From a phage, in the sequence record NC_103192.1: 64,000 nt of DNA; one strand, given 5' to 3'. Below the pieces are notes generated by a model. That model made no database searches, was not told the DNA's origin, and saw only the letters and a program-made list of their open reading frames with translations. The translations under genes and the position numbers were made by a program. The first letter of the stretch is position 1. The number at the start of each line of letters is the position of its first letter. Shown here piece after piece: positions 38,142 to 47,979 of this stretch.

Positions 38142-38158
38142 CCCTAAAGTGTTAAAAT
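38130..38158 (+). promoter_or_regulatory. promoter TTGCAT-17-TGtTAAAAT
   Basis: -35 at 38130-38135, extended -10 at 38150-38158. Confidence 0.55.
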
Positions 38159-38188
38159 AGTCCTAAGGAATTTTCTCAGGAGAACGTG

Positions 38189-39232
38189 ATGACTAAACCA
38201 GTTATCCCTCTTGATATTTGGGCCAATCAGGATGTTGTGCTTGAAAATACGGGAGAGTTGAATAAGTCTCAACCAAAAAAAGAAGAGAGATTGAAAGGTT
38301 GGGATATGACACAAAGAGTGGCATGTGAAGTTGTTAACTTTGAACTTCACATGCTTTCTGCGTGGTTAAAGCATTTAACAGAAGATGTTGTCCCAGGATG
38401 GGATAATAGATTCTTAAGGGTCACTAATAATCTAGCAGACGTTCCAGACAAAGCTGCTGCACGTCAAGTTCTCAATGTATACTCGCCTGAAGAAATGGAT
38501 GACCTTTATGTTGACAAGACTGGAGACACAATGATCCAGACTCAAACTTTAGGTCTTCAAAGAATTGAGTTTGCATCTGCGTCAACAGACAATGCGGCGA
38601 TATACACCACCATAACTCCAGACAAGACGATGATGGATTTCTGGATTATGGACAACATTGGTGGCGCTGACGGCACAGACCTTGATGATCCTTCTCACCA
38701 AATAGACGGTTTCCGTTGGAGATTTCAACCTTCTGGTGGGCAGCCTGTGTTTTCGGCTATGAAGCTCAATGCTATAACTGCCAACCGTGCAAGACTGGCT
38801 ATCCAAGGAAATCTTGAATGCAATGATGCAAAAAGCTCCTCTGCAAATGCCAATGCGGTAACGATACCAAGAGCCACTGTTAATGGACAACAATCCTGCG
38901 GCAGCGCTCAAATAGGTGGAAGAGTAGATTGTAACGATAAAACCGCCAGGGGTCAATATGCAACAGTTGGTGGAAGAAACGTGGTCCGCAGGGTAAATGG
39001 TAGTAGCGCAGATAGCAGTGGTAACCTTACCATCCCTATGCCTAGTAGAGGTGTTGAGGATGTAAGGATAGCAAACCGTTTCAGAACCACCTACAGAGAA
39101 TCGAGAGTATACCCTGGGCATGTAATGTGCTCCGGCAATTACGCCTATAAACACCCGTATCAGGGCGACTATTGGACTGGTGCTATTCAAAAATTTGTAA
39201 ACGGTCAATGGATCACTATATCTTATGCTTAA
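38189..39232 (+). CDS. tail fibre protein, paralogue B
   Basis: ATG 38189 (MTKPVIPLDIW, parallel to MSKPSFPLEIW of paralogue A); GDTMIQTQTLGLQRIEF motif; ends ...YWTGAIQKFVNGQWITISYA. Confidence 0.6.
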   Translation: MTKPVIPLDIWANQDVVLENTGELNKSQPKKEERLKGWDMTQRVACEVVNFELHMLSAWLKHLTEDVVPGWDNRFLRVTNNLADVPDKAAARQVLNVYSPEEMDDLYVDKTGDTMIQTQTLGLQRIEFASASTDNAAIYTTITPDKTMMDFWIMDNIGGADGTDLDDPSHQIDGFRWRFQPSGGQPVFSAMKLNAITANRARLAIQGNLECNDAKSSSANANAVTIPRATVNGQQSCGSAQIGGRVDCNDKTARGQYATVGGRNVVRRVNGSSADSSGNLTIPMPSRGVEDVRIANRFRTTYRESRVYPGHVMCSGNYAYKHPYQGDYWTGAIQKFVNGQWITISYA

Positions 39233-39241
39233 AGAGGGTAA

Positions 39242-39508
39242 ATGAAATTAACTCAGTTTTTATGGGGACTGGTTGCAGCATCTGATGACCCTACAAAAGT
39301 GTCCCAATCTAAGCTATGGTCAAACATAGGCATGGCAGTGATGACTGGGGTGTTTATTCATATGGGGTATAATGATACGCTTCCTGAATGGTATGCGTGG
39401 ATATACGCACCTTCGGTAGCTTGCCCCCAGCTTATTAGCAAATTCATCTCGCTCCGGTGGGGTTGCCAACACCCTGACCACGTTAAAAACGAAGAGCAAA
39501 AAGCTTAA
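39242..39508 (+). CDS. small membrane protein (holin-like or exclusion-like)
   Basis: 88 aa with two predicted hydrophobic helices; strong RBS. Confidence 0.4.
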   Translation: MKLTQFLWGLVAASDDPTKVSQSKLWSNIGMAVMTGVFIHMGYNDTLPEWYAWIYAPSVACPQLISKFISLRWGCQHPDHVKNEEQKA

Positions 39509-39517
39509 GGAGAAATC

Positions 39518-41263
39518 ATGGCGCAAGACATGACAAGCTTCGAGCAGGCGGTAGATCAAGTAATTGTTGATTCTGAACGTTTGCACTTGATTGTCAACGG
39601 TAACGCTGTGGATGAAGTTGTCGTAGAGGATGGGACCACTATCCCTACGGTACGAAAAGCCATGCTTGACACCCTTTATTTTAAAACGCCGCCGATCCCT
39701 TGGGCGTATGGTGCATCCACAACAGTTTTTAACCAGTTGTATGAGTTTAAAGGAGATACGGGCACTCAGTGGTGGTACGCCCCAGCAGCATCAAAATCTA
39801 ACCCAGTTAGGATGCCAGCAGATCCTTCAGAATCTCCGAACTGGAGATTATATACCGATTCTGCAGTAATGGCAAAATACTACGCAAAACTTAACAGTCC
39901 AAGGTTCGAAGGTGACCCGAGAGTACCTACACCTCCAATGGACGATAAGTCCGAGTCTATAGCAAACACAGAGTTTGTTGTTGACTATGTGGATAGTATA
40001 TTCAAAGCCATGGAGGGGATGAAAGTAACTGTAGGGTCTTTGGTGGTAAAAGGTCTTACAGAACTTGCTAACACCATAGTTGGTGGCACCCTTACCTTGC
40101 ACGGGCCTGTTAATGGAGCGGATTCTACTGCACGCTTCAGGAACCTAATCCTTACTGCAAATACTTCTACATTGACTTTTGCGTGGAGCGATCCTAAGCA
40201 TGCAGACTGGAGAAGCACAGAGCTGCAACCTCATGAAGTATCCACCCACAGAGTTATAGCTGACACTATAACTTCTGGGAAACCAGTGGCTAATAACAAC
40301 GATGTGCATTTTGATGGTCTAGGTAATAACTTTTTTGACTACGTGTACATTCGTGGTAATGCCATGAAGGCAGCCACCGAACCGACATTGCAGGTTGATG
40401 GGACCACTAGGGTTAAGAACCTTGAGGTGACAGGCACCGTTACAGGGATAACCTACTCTGTAGATGGCACCATGATCTACCCTAGCTATATTGAAAGCAC
40501 GGGAGATGCACTGATCAATGGAGATTTAGAGGTTGGCGGGTCTGTAGTCATTCGTGGCACAGCATCTGTCCAGAACATATCTTTAAATACTCTGAGGGTG
40601 AATGAGCGTGCCACTTTTGAAGGAGAGGGGCTTACAGCCAACAAAGGTGTAATTACCGAGCTGACAACCACCACTCTAACTGCAACAACTGCAAACTCTG
40701 AAAACTGCAACGTTACCAGAAACTTGCAGGTAAATGGAGATGTTAGTTTAAACACAGCAGGGACGGGCACTACCCACCTTCACAACCTTGAAATATCAGG
40801 TACAGTGACTGGGTGGCTGCCAGACTTCTCTAATGTCAACTTTGTCTGTAATGGCATTAACTCCAGTGGCAAGATAACCACCTCTCAAGAAATTGAAGCT
40901 GGTAAAACTATTACTGCCCCTGCTTTCCATGCAGGGAAGGTGGAGTTTGACTTAGAGGAGGCTGACGCATCTAGTGGGACATGGACACCTAACGGGCAGG
41001 CCAATATGTATGTTGTCCACGCGAAAGGGGATTTTACAATAGGGCAATGGCCTGGAACATCGGCTGAAGATAAACCTTACCCGTTCACTGCAATCATCTA
41101 TGTCATTCAGGATGCTGTAGGCCACAACGTGACCTTACACGATAAATATGCCATACTGTCGGCTACTCCTGTTATTAACAACAAAGCCAACAGTGTCACC
41201 TTGCTACAATTGACATATTGTGGTGTTGGTGATATTGTGGATGTGGTTATTGCACAACGTTAA
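39518..41263 (+). CDS. tail fibre protein with beta-helical repeats
   Basis: 581 aa; repeated NLEVTGTVTG / NLEISGTVTG type motifs typical of fibre shafts. Confidence 0.5.
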   Translation: MAQDMTSFEQAVDQVIVDSERLHLIVNGNAVDEVVVEDGTTIPTVRKAMLDTLYFKTPPIPWAYGASTTVFNQLYEFKGDTGTQWWYAPAASKSNPVRMPADPSESPNWRLYTDSAVMAKYYAKLNSPRFEGDPRVPTPPMDDKSESIANTEFVVDYVDSIFKAMEGMKVTVGSLVVKGLTELANTIVGGTLTLHGPVNGADSTARFRNLILTANTSTLTFAWSDPKHADWRSTELQPHEVSTHRVIADTITSGKPVANNNDVHFDGLGNNFFDYVYIRGNAMKAATEPTLQVDGTTRVKNLEVTGTVTGITYSVDGTMIYPSYIESTGDALINGDLEVGGSVVIRGTASVQNISLNTLRVNERATFEGEGLTANKGVITELTTTTLTATTANSENCNVTRNLQVNGDVSLNTAGTGTTHLHNLEISGTVTGWLPDFSNVNFVCNGINSSGKITTSQEIEAGKTITAPAFHAGKVEFDLEEADASSGTWTPNGQANMYVVHAKGDFTIGQWPGTSAEDKPYPFTAIIYVIQDAVGHNVTLHDKYAILSATPVINNKANSVTLLQLTYCGVGDIVDVVIAQR

Positions 41264-41272
41264 TATATCTGA

Positions 41273-41297
41273 CCGCTCCTGACGGGGCGGTTTTCTT
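41273..41297 (+). terminator. hairpin CCGCTCC-TGAC-GGGGCGG + TTTTCTT
   Basis: 7-bp stem (one G-U) read from sequence. Confidence 0.55.
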
Positions 41298-41311
41298 ATC
41301 TGGAGAACACA

Positions 41312-44300
41312 ATGCTTCCAATCCCTTTGCTAAAACTTGGTCGTCATTTCCTCGATAAGAGGGGTGGAGTTAAGGAACTTGCTGTTCTGTCATACCCAAT
41401 AGACAACAGTGACGGTACAAGCACTACAGTAGCTTATGTAAATAGCTTAGCTATACTTTTTGACGACGGTCAGCTTAATATTACTGGCTATAACAAGTTC
41501 GGGGAGTGTCGCACTGGGGATCGTAACCCTATAAACTACCCGAGCGAGACGGCCTGGAATGTTGATCATGTGTGGAGAGCAGACCGTGCGTTTGTGATCC
41601 GGACTTTTGATAACCAGTTTTTCTACATCGGTTGCACTGCAGGTCTTATCGGATCCACTGCGGCAGGTGGTAACGATGTTTGCGTAAACGAGTGGACACC
41701 TCTTCCGGAACAGATTGTTCAAGGATTGCACCTTGACACCCACCCAGAGCGCCTTATCGAGGTAATGGGTGGTATTAACAACACTGTTTGGGTTATGGCA
41801 GAGGCTGAGGGTGACGGCATTTTACACCTGTACGGGTCTGGTAACAACACCTACGGATCTTTACATGTAGATAAGAACCAGCATGCAACTCCTGTAAAGA
41901 TTGGTGAAACATCAGAAAATCCTGAAACAGGCCCTTGGAAAAACCCAAGTATCAACTGCGAGGTGCATGACAACTCTGTTATTTTCGGTGGGCCTAGAGG
42001 TTTTTGGATTGCTGGATACGACTTTCTGAGAAACAACAGTAGAAACGACCTTGTTTGGCCCCCTGCTCAGATTACTCGCAACGATTTGAAAGGCATTCCT
42101 GCAGATGAGGAGTGGAAAGGATTCATGTGTGGTCCGAACGGGGCAGTGGTTGCAACACAAAGAATGCACAGACCTGATGACCAACAACTTGTTAACGTAT
42201 TTTATGGTCAAAACGTTTGGGGGGATGATACCTGGCGTGCTTTGAATATAACCTACACCCATGAGGTGATAATGGCTCGTGGGTACGGCACAAGTGGCAT
42301 TTTCTTCAACAATGGTACTAAGCAGTATCGTGGCTTCTCTCGAAACCTGTGCAACGATATTGGCGCACAATCTGCAAACAATAACCCCCGTGCCGATTTT
42401 GTTCATTACCAGGCCCTTGCTACGGCTAAATACGTTGAGCAACGCCTCCCAGTTAGCTGGACAGAGAGTGTTTATTTCCAAGGCATTCACAGAGAAGGTT
42501 TCTTAGGGACCTTTACTGTTGTTAATGGTAAACTTTGGTGGTCAGGCATCCCAAGGGGAAGTTTTGCAGGTTCTAATAACCTGTTTGGTGGCAGACTTAA
42601 TAGTCAAGGGTTCACAGAGGTTCCTGAGAATTGGTATAAAAATGTCCCAGTAGATAGTTGGGGTGTTGATGATATTTTTGACGTTAACGGTGTTAGCAGC
42701 GTTAGCAATATCTACATTGGTGACACGGTAAAGATGAAATTGAAGCCTCAGCCAGAGGGAGCTACGTTCATTATTGACAAGATTGAACTGGTAAATGCTG
42801 CAGGTACGGTTGTTACAGATGCAAATTACCAATTCTCCACCAACTGGAACCACGGCGGGGCCAACGAAGTTGTTGTTACTCAGTATAACAGGAATGTGAA
42901 CAGACGTGGCCTGTACTCTGTAAAAATAACCTATCATGACAAGCATGGCACAGGCAGAACGCACACGACAAGGAACTTGAACTGGAACACCATAGTTCCT
43001 GCGTATCCTTCTGACGGTAAGTGGCATACTGTCGGTAGAAACAAACAGTTCCATGTTAATGACACTGTATACTTCGGGCTGAATGGGACTCAGCCTGCGG
43101 TAGAAGGAGATACATCGTATATGGTCCGACTCCACAGAATGGATGGTGGATCAGTCACTTATGATGTTACCCAAGAGATTTATGATCAGAGACGAAATAC
43201 CTACAACAACTTAGTGCAGACACAGGCCGTATGGGAGTTCAACCCTAACGGCAGAGGTGGTAAAATGTTGCAGGTTAACGAGCAAAACGGAACGTCGTTG
43301 ACTGTCCACGAACACCCAGACCCTTGGCCTGATCCTGGAAAACCTCACCCAGGTGCTCGTACACTGAAAATTGTCAGCCATGATGCAGGATATTTCGGAA
43401 TACGCTGGGAAGCCACAGTAAGATATGCCGACGGGACAACAAACAACATAGGGATTACACTTGGGGGCACCAGTGAGGATAACTCACTGAAAATTGCCTA
43501 CACCCCTAGAGGCATCTCTATTGACAATATGGATGTTGTTCGCAACGGTTACGGAGATGTGAACATCAAAGTTACTCTTGGTGAACATCTTGGCGGGGAA
43601 AGGATCATCATGTACGCCTTTGATCACGACCCACGCACTGACGGAACCTATGCAGACCAAGCGTGGAGCTACCTGATAAGCGCACCTGAGCCAAATACCA
43701 AAGAATTCTACTACGGTATGAAACGGGATGTGTGCAAGAAAACAGGGACACATGACTGGATTGCAATCTGCGTTAAAGATGAACGTACCGCTTGGGACGA
43801 GCCTGTTAACAGATGGTTCATAGGAATTCCCACTCGAAGTGATAAATACGTTGAAGAATATATTGTATGCATGGGCGGCACCAACCTCAACATGTGTTGG
43901 AACGAGGATGCAAACAAATACTCTGATTACGATTATATGAGGGATTACTCTTGCAATCAATGGTTTAACCAAACCGGGTATGCTAATCGACAGTCAAGAG
44001 TAAACCCTGCAATCTTTACAGATACGCAGGTTTTCTTGACAAAACAGGCCAACGAGGTTCAGACCTTCAAGAACAAATACGACCCTAACAAGTGGTTTTA
44101 TAACTGTTATGGCGCATTTTTCTGGGGGCCAGGGGAACTGCCTAACGGGGGATCTTGCTTCGAGGCTGCAACTTACGCCAGTGACAGGTTCATGGGGCAG
44201 GTTAAGAAGTACAAGATAATCCCCGGGCCTGAAACTTTAGGCAACGCTGTTGACCCATATATCATCATGACAGCACTAAGATCGAACATGGACGGAACAT

Positions 44301-46945
44301 CCCTATCTATGCAAGTTCCAGTAACAAACGGGTACAAACGTGTTGTGATGATCATTAAGTGCGACTTAATAGGTAAGCAAGTTCTTGCAGAAAACGGAAC
44401 CTCAACACATCTATTCGAGACTGCTCTGCATTATCAGTTTGCTGATTCACCTTTTGCAGGGGATAAGAGAATATCTGATACAGACAATACTCGATGCAAG
44501 AAATTTATGCTTGGTGGTGGATGGTGGTGGTATGAATTTGATTTAACAGACAAATTCACTGACACGTCTAAAGTGGTGACAGGGCTTCGTCTAGATCTTG
44601 GCGAAAACATGCACAAAAGTGTTTGTGATGGCACCTACGGTGACCCAACAATCTACTTAAAGTATGTCTCTTTTGAGCATCCGGAAGATGTTGTTTACGG
44701 TCCAAAACTGAGATTGTTTGGCAGTTGGATTGCAAAAGACAGGGTAGGCATGGGTAAAAAGGTAAGAGGGTTCTTGGTTGATGCAGGAACAGAAGACATG
44801 CTGGTTAATGCAGTGTGGCCTGAATTACCTGGGACTCAGTGGGATAACTCAGCCAAGTCCATAAACTGGTTCAACATTCACAGAGCTATGTGGACAACTA
44901 ACTGCTACCTGTGGAAAGAGTTGAATGACGGCGCTTTCGGGTTTACAGGTGGCAGAAGAATGGCAATCATTTGCTGGACAACGCTGCAAAGATGTTATGA
45001 CCATGACTACGAGATTGGGGGTAGGGCATGGAAAAATATTAGGGATAGAATCATAACTAACTTCGCAGACCCTAATGGTGGTGGAGCGTATGGCTTCGAC
45101 TGCAGCAGGCTCATCCATTTGAACGGGTCCTCTGCATATAAGAAAGAGGGTTACTCTGGATCTATGATTGAGTGGGGCCTGGTGAAAGATGCTCGCGTAT
45201 TGATGGGTCAACAACTTGCTGCTGCAATAGGACCTAACGCAGTGCAGTCTGTTAAACCAGCGTGGTTCGATATCCCAATATGGTCATCTGGAACACCAGG
45301 AACTGCGGCAATCAACCCTACCACTGGGGATCTGGAAATCTCTTGGGAGGACTTGAAGCAGGTTGGTGGCTGGGATAAGACAGGCTACCAGGTACAATGG
45401 TGGAGATCTGACGGATCGTTAGCGGCTGATGAGTTTGTTAAGGACAATTTCTACACTATGTCCTCTGCAAAAGCACAGCAATTGTTTGGTCAGGCAACTC
45501 CGTCAACGATCACCATGTCCATGTGCTGTAAAGACAACAGGACTGGAGCCTTGGGACCGAGGGTTGCTAAAGTTTTCTCAGGTATTAAATGGAATCTCCC
45601 TGTTCAAAGTGTTTCATGGAAGCAAATAGGTGATAACAAGCTGCTGGTTACTCCTGCCTGTCAGTTCAACGCAACTCTTAACGTTGATCCTGCTGTTGCG
45701 GCAAACTCAGCTAAAGCTTCTGACTTCTCTGTGTCTAACACTGCTATGGCAGATGTGAGGAAGATTGACACACTGAACGCCAGAATTACCTGTAAAAACA
45801 CTTATGGCACATTCCAGATCATCAACAACTTCACAGATGCTGATTCTAAGGTAGTGAGGACAGCAAGCCAGACTATGCAGTTGGGCACTCTGGCATACTC
45901 TGCCCGGATCACTGAACAATCTCCTACTCTTCAGGGTGGGGGTGTTGGTAAGTTGATCACAACACCTGTGTGGAAGCCAAATGAGTGGGTTGTGTTTGAT
46001 TTGACTGTAGACTTCTCCAGTGACAATAACTGGACATGGGTAAGGAATTGCTTGTCACAGTTGATGGGTGGTCCAAGCTCTGTTAGTGATAGCCACGACT
46101 CTACTGACCCCAGCGTGTTCCAGGTTGGTAAAACTCACCCAGAGACGGGAGCAACGTTGCCTGACAGGAAGTATGCTTTGGTTTGCATCTCTTACGGAAA
46201 AGCAGATGTCACCTTCTCAGGGACGCACACTTATAACGGAACTTACAACTTCTCAAGGAAGTATAGTCTCAAGGCAGGTAACATTATAGATGAAGTTGGT
46301 GCGTTGTATAACCCAGGTAACGGCATAGGGATTGTGGGTGGTAAACTGCAGATGCAGGAACCTTCTATTACCCCTTCCAATGTGTCTGGGATTAGAAAGA
46401 CTTGGGAAAGCAGTAATACCAACATTGCAACAGTGGATGCCACCACAGGACTGGTAACATTTAAAGCTACTGGGAATGTCACCATAAAGTTTGTAGTTAC
46501 TGATGATGCAGGGCGCAAAACGTCTTCAACATCTTTTACTGTCAAACAGATGGCACCACAGTGGAGAATGTGGATAGGTACAGCAACAAACGGGGCATAC
46601 CCTAATCCGGCAGGTACTTCTGGTATGAAGACTTTCTCTACAAGCAAACCGATGGAGTACGGCAGCGGTCCTAAGGTAGGGCAGATGGTGTACTTTGGTG
46701 CGTATATTCCTGAAATTATAGGGCTTCCGAGAAGTCAGCTTCAGTTGCTGTTTGGGGCTGGTGTTGACGATCTTGCCACTTTCGGGTATAGCGACAACAT
46801 CGAGGCTGCAAGGAGTTCAGGATGGGTAGGGTTCAGAATGGAGTCTGGAAAGGAAGGCAGGATTCTAGGGACAGCCTCTATAGGTGTTATGTTCCCTGGT
46901 GACCAGCAGTATCGTCTGGGAGCCTACGCGACTTTCTCTCTTTAA
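41312..46945 (+). CDS. giant virion-associated protein (1877 aa) with possible N-terminal beta-propeller and C-terminal Big_2-like Ig domain
   Basis: single uninterrupted ORF with TGGAGAA RBS; N-terminal repeats resembling RCC1-type blades (LFDDGQLNITGYNKFGECRTGD; HLYGSGNNTYGSLHVD); Ig-like segment near residue 1700 (SNVSGIRKTWESSNTNIATVDATTGLVTFKATGNVTIKFVV). Confidence 0.6.
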   Translation: MLPIPLLKLGRHFLDKRGGVKELAVLSYPIDNSDGTSTTVAYVNSLAILFDDGQLNITGYNKFGECRTGDRNPINYPSETAWNVDHVWRADRAFVIRTFDNQFFYIGCTAGLIGSTAAGGNDVCVNEWTPLPEQIVQGLHLDTHPERLIEVMGGINNTVWVMAEAEGDGILHLYGSGNNTYGSLHVDKNQHATPVKIGETSENPETGPWKNPSINCEVHDNSVIFGGPRGFWIAGYDFLRNNSRNDLVWPPAQITRNDLKGIPADEEWKGFMCGPNGAVVATQRMHRPDDQQLVNVFYGQNVWGDDTWRALNITYTHEVIMARGYGTSGIFFNNGTKQYRGFSRNLCNDIGAQSANNNPRADFVHYQALATAKYVEQRLPVSWTESVYFQGIHREGFLGTFTVVNGKLWWSGIPRGSFAGSNNLFGGRLNSQGFTEVPENWYKNVPVDSWGVDDIFDVNGVSSVSNIYIGDTVKMKLKPQPEGATFIIDKIELVNAAGTVVTDANYQFSTNWNHGGANEVVVTQYNRNVNRRGLYSVKITYHDKHGTGRTHTTRNLNWNTIVPAYPSDGKWHTVGRNKQFHVNDTVYFGLNGTQPAVEGDTSYMVRLHRMDGGSVTYDVTQEIYDQRRNTYNNLVQTQAVWEFNPNGRGGKMLQVNEQNGTSLTVHEHPDPWPDPGKPHPGARTLKIVSHDAGYFGIRWEATVRYADGTTNNIGITLGGTSEDNSLKIAYTPRGISIDNMDVVRNGYGDVNIKVTLGEHLGGERIIMYAFDHDPRTDGTYADQAWSYLISAPEPNTKEFYYGMKRDVCKKTGTHDWIAICVKDERTAWDEPVNRWFIGIPTRSDKYVEEYIVCMGGTNLNMCWNEDANKYSDYDYMRDYSCNQWFNQTGYANRQSRVNPAIFTDTQVFLTKQANEVQTFKNKYDPNKWFYNCYGAFFWGPGELPNGGSCFEAATYASDRFMGQVKKYKIIPGPETLGNAVDPYIIMTALRSNMDGTSLSMQVPVTNGYKRVVMIIKCDLIGKQVLAENGTSTHLFETALHYQFADSPFAGDKRISDTDNTRCKKFMLGGGWWWYEFDLTDKFTDTSKVVTGLRLDLGENMHKSVCDGTYGDPTIYLKYVSFEHPEDVVYGPKLRLFGSWIAKDRVGMGKKVRGFLVDAGTEDMLVNAVWPELPGTQWDNSAKSINWFNIHRAMWTTNCYLWKELNDGAFGFTGGRRMAIICWTTLQRCYDHDYEIGGRAWKNIRDRIITNFADPNGGGAYGFDCSRLIHLNGSSAYKKEGYSGSMIEWGLVKDARVLMGQQLAAAIGPNAVQSVKPAWFDIPIWSSGTPGTAAINPTTGDLEISWEDLKQVGGWDKTGYQVQWWRSDGSLAADEFVKDNFYTMSSAKAQQLFGQATPSTITMSMCCKDNRTGALGPRVAKVFSGIKWNLPVQSVSWKQIGDNKLLVTPACQFNATLNVDPAVAANSAKASDFSVSNTAMADVRKIDTLNARITCKNTYGTFQIINNFTDADSKVVRTASQTMQLGTLAYSARITEQSPTLQGGGVGKLITTPVWKPNEWVVFDLTVDFSSDNNWTWVRNCLSQLMGGPSSVSDSHDSTDPSVFQVGKTHPETGATLPDRKYALVCISYGKADVTFSGTHTYNGTYNFSRKYSLKAGNIIDEVGALYNPGNGIGIVGGKLQMQEPSITPSNVSGIRKTWESSNTNIATVDATTGLVTFKATGNVTIKFVVTDDAGRKTSSTSFTVKQMAPQWRMWIGTATNGAYPNPAGTSGMKTFSTSKPMEYGSGPKVGQMVYFGAYIPEIIGLPRSQLQLLFGAGVDDLATFGYSDNIEAARSSGWVGFRMESGKEGRILGTASIGVMFPGDQQYRLGAYATFSL

Positions 46946-46952
46946 CAAGGGG

Positions 46953-46988
46953 TAAATAAAAAGGGGCCAAACGGCCCCTTTCTTTTTA
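46953..46988. terminator. bidirectional intrinsic terminator between convergent operons
   Basis: stem AGGGGCC-AAAC-GGCCCCT flanked by an A-run upstream and T-run downstream. Confidence 0.7.
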
Positions 46989-46991
46989 TAA

Positions 46992-47192
46992 TTAGTAGTA
47001 TTCCCAACACGACCCATCTTCAGACGGCTGGACACGCTTACCTTCATGATCGACATAGGTGTAACCACAGCCTTCACAAATAACAGGTGCTGCATAGCCT
47101 TCCTTCCACTGATCCTCAGTGATCAATCCTTTCAGATCTCCGCAGTCACTACCAAACAACTCTTCAGAACAGTCTTTACAAAAATCAGCCAT
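46992..47192 (-). CDS. small Cys-rich protein (zinc-ribbon-like)
   Basis: 66 aa with CxxC...C and CEGCGY motifs; GGAGA RBS. Confidence 0.45.
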   Translation of the reverse strand: MADFCKDCSEELFGSDCGDLKGLITEDQWKEGYAAPVICEGCGYTYVDHEGKRVQPSEDGSCWEYY

Positions 47193-47261
47193 CTCTATCA
47201 GTCTCCATATTTAACCAATCTATATTACATATTGCCGAAGAAACAGTATTTCATTTCATCA

Positions 47262-47480
47262 TCACAGATCTCCAACAACTTCCCAAATACCCCAGTGAGC
47301 ATCTATATCCTTGATAAAGTATCTTTCTCCACGGTTTGTCCACACACCTATCCCAACTTTACCATCTATCCCATTGTATACATCTGCCTCATACTCTTTG
47401 CCCGGTGTAAAGTGTACACCCATCATAAGGGCTGTTATTCCATTAGGATTTTTAAATTTAACAAATTTTACTTTGCTCAT
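47262..47480 (-). CDS. hypothetical protein
   Basis: 72 aa, AAGGA RBS, tightly packed with neighbours. Confidence 0.4.
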   Translation of the reverse strand: MSKVKFVKFKNPNGITALMMGVHFTPGKEYEADVYNGIDGKVGIGVWTNRGERYFIKDIDAHWGIWEVVGDL

Positions 47481-47481
47481 A

Positions 47482-47811
47482 TTACTTAATCCTTGCAGTT
47501 ACAGTAGCGCTATACCCTATGTAGTTATGAGACATAAAGAATGTAAGCCCTTTAAGTTCAGGATTCTTTCTAAGAAATCGTTTCAATTTTCGAATGCAAT
47601 TAACACCATGATCATAATTTGAGAAATTAAATTTAATACCCTGCTCCATCATAGTACACACTTCTTCATGGGTATGCCATTGTCTATCGTGGTCACAAAA
47701 CCAGTAACCAATACCTTCTTTTTCTTGGATATGCAATCCCCAAAATACTTTATGCATTGGATATTTTGGTTTTCTACCATGATAATGTAGTTTAATATTC
47801 ACATGTGCCAT
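47482..47811 (-). CDS. hypothetical His-rich protein
   Basis: 109 aa, GGAG RBS. Confidence 0.4.
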   Translation of the reverse strand: MAHVNIKLHYHGRKPKYPMHKVFWGLHIQEKEGIGYWFCDHDRQWHTHEEVCTMMEQGIKFNFSNYDHGVNCIRKLKRFLRKNPELKGLTFFMSHNYIGYSATVTARIK

Positions 47812-47844
47812 TTTTTGTTACTCCGTTCTGTATCTGTGATAATG

Positions 47845-47874
47845 AGAATAGCAAACTGGGGTGTGTGCTGTCAA
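47845..47874 (-). promoter_or_regulatory. internal promoter on minus strand TTGACA-18-TATTCT
   Basis: reverse complement of 47869-47874 is TTGACA; -10 is reverse complement of 47845-47850. Confidence 0.4.
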
Positions 47875-47979
47875 CAACATTTTTAAGCGTTTTGGGGAAG
47901 TTTTTTGAAAGGTGGGTGTAATCACAAGAGAGGGTGGAGTTGTTGAAGGCACAGGCCTCTTTTGAGGCCTTAAAATCGA

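Noticed and set aside
38582-39208. 208-aa minus-strand ORF antisense to tail fibre paralogue B
   Set aside because: Fully embedded opposite a gene with a conserved paralogue; no start context.
41912-43135. Two minus-strand ORFs (192 and 197 aa) inside the giant gene
   Set aside because: Antisense to a continuous 1877-aa ORF; no RBS and no recognisable features.
47046-47622. Plus-strand ORFs (147 and 103 aa) within the leftward operon
   Set aside because: Antisense to minus-strand genes that have clear RBS and coupled start/stop codons; Ile/Phe-rich AT-driven translations.
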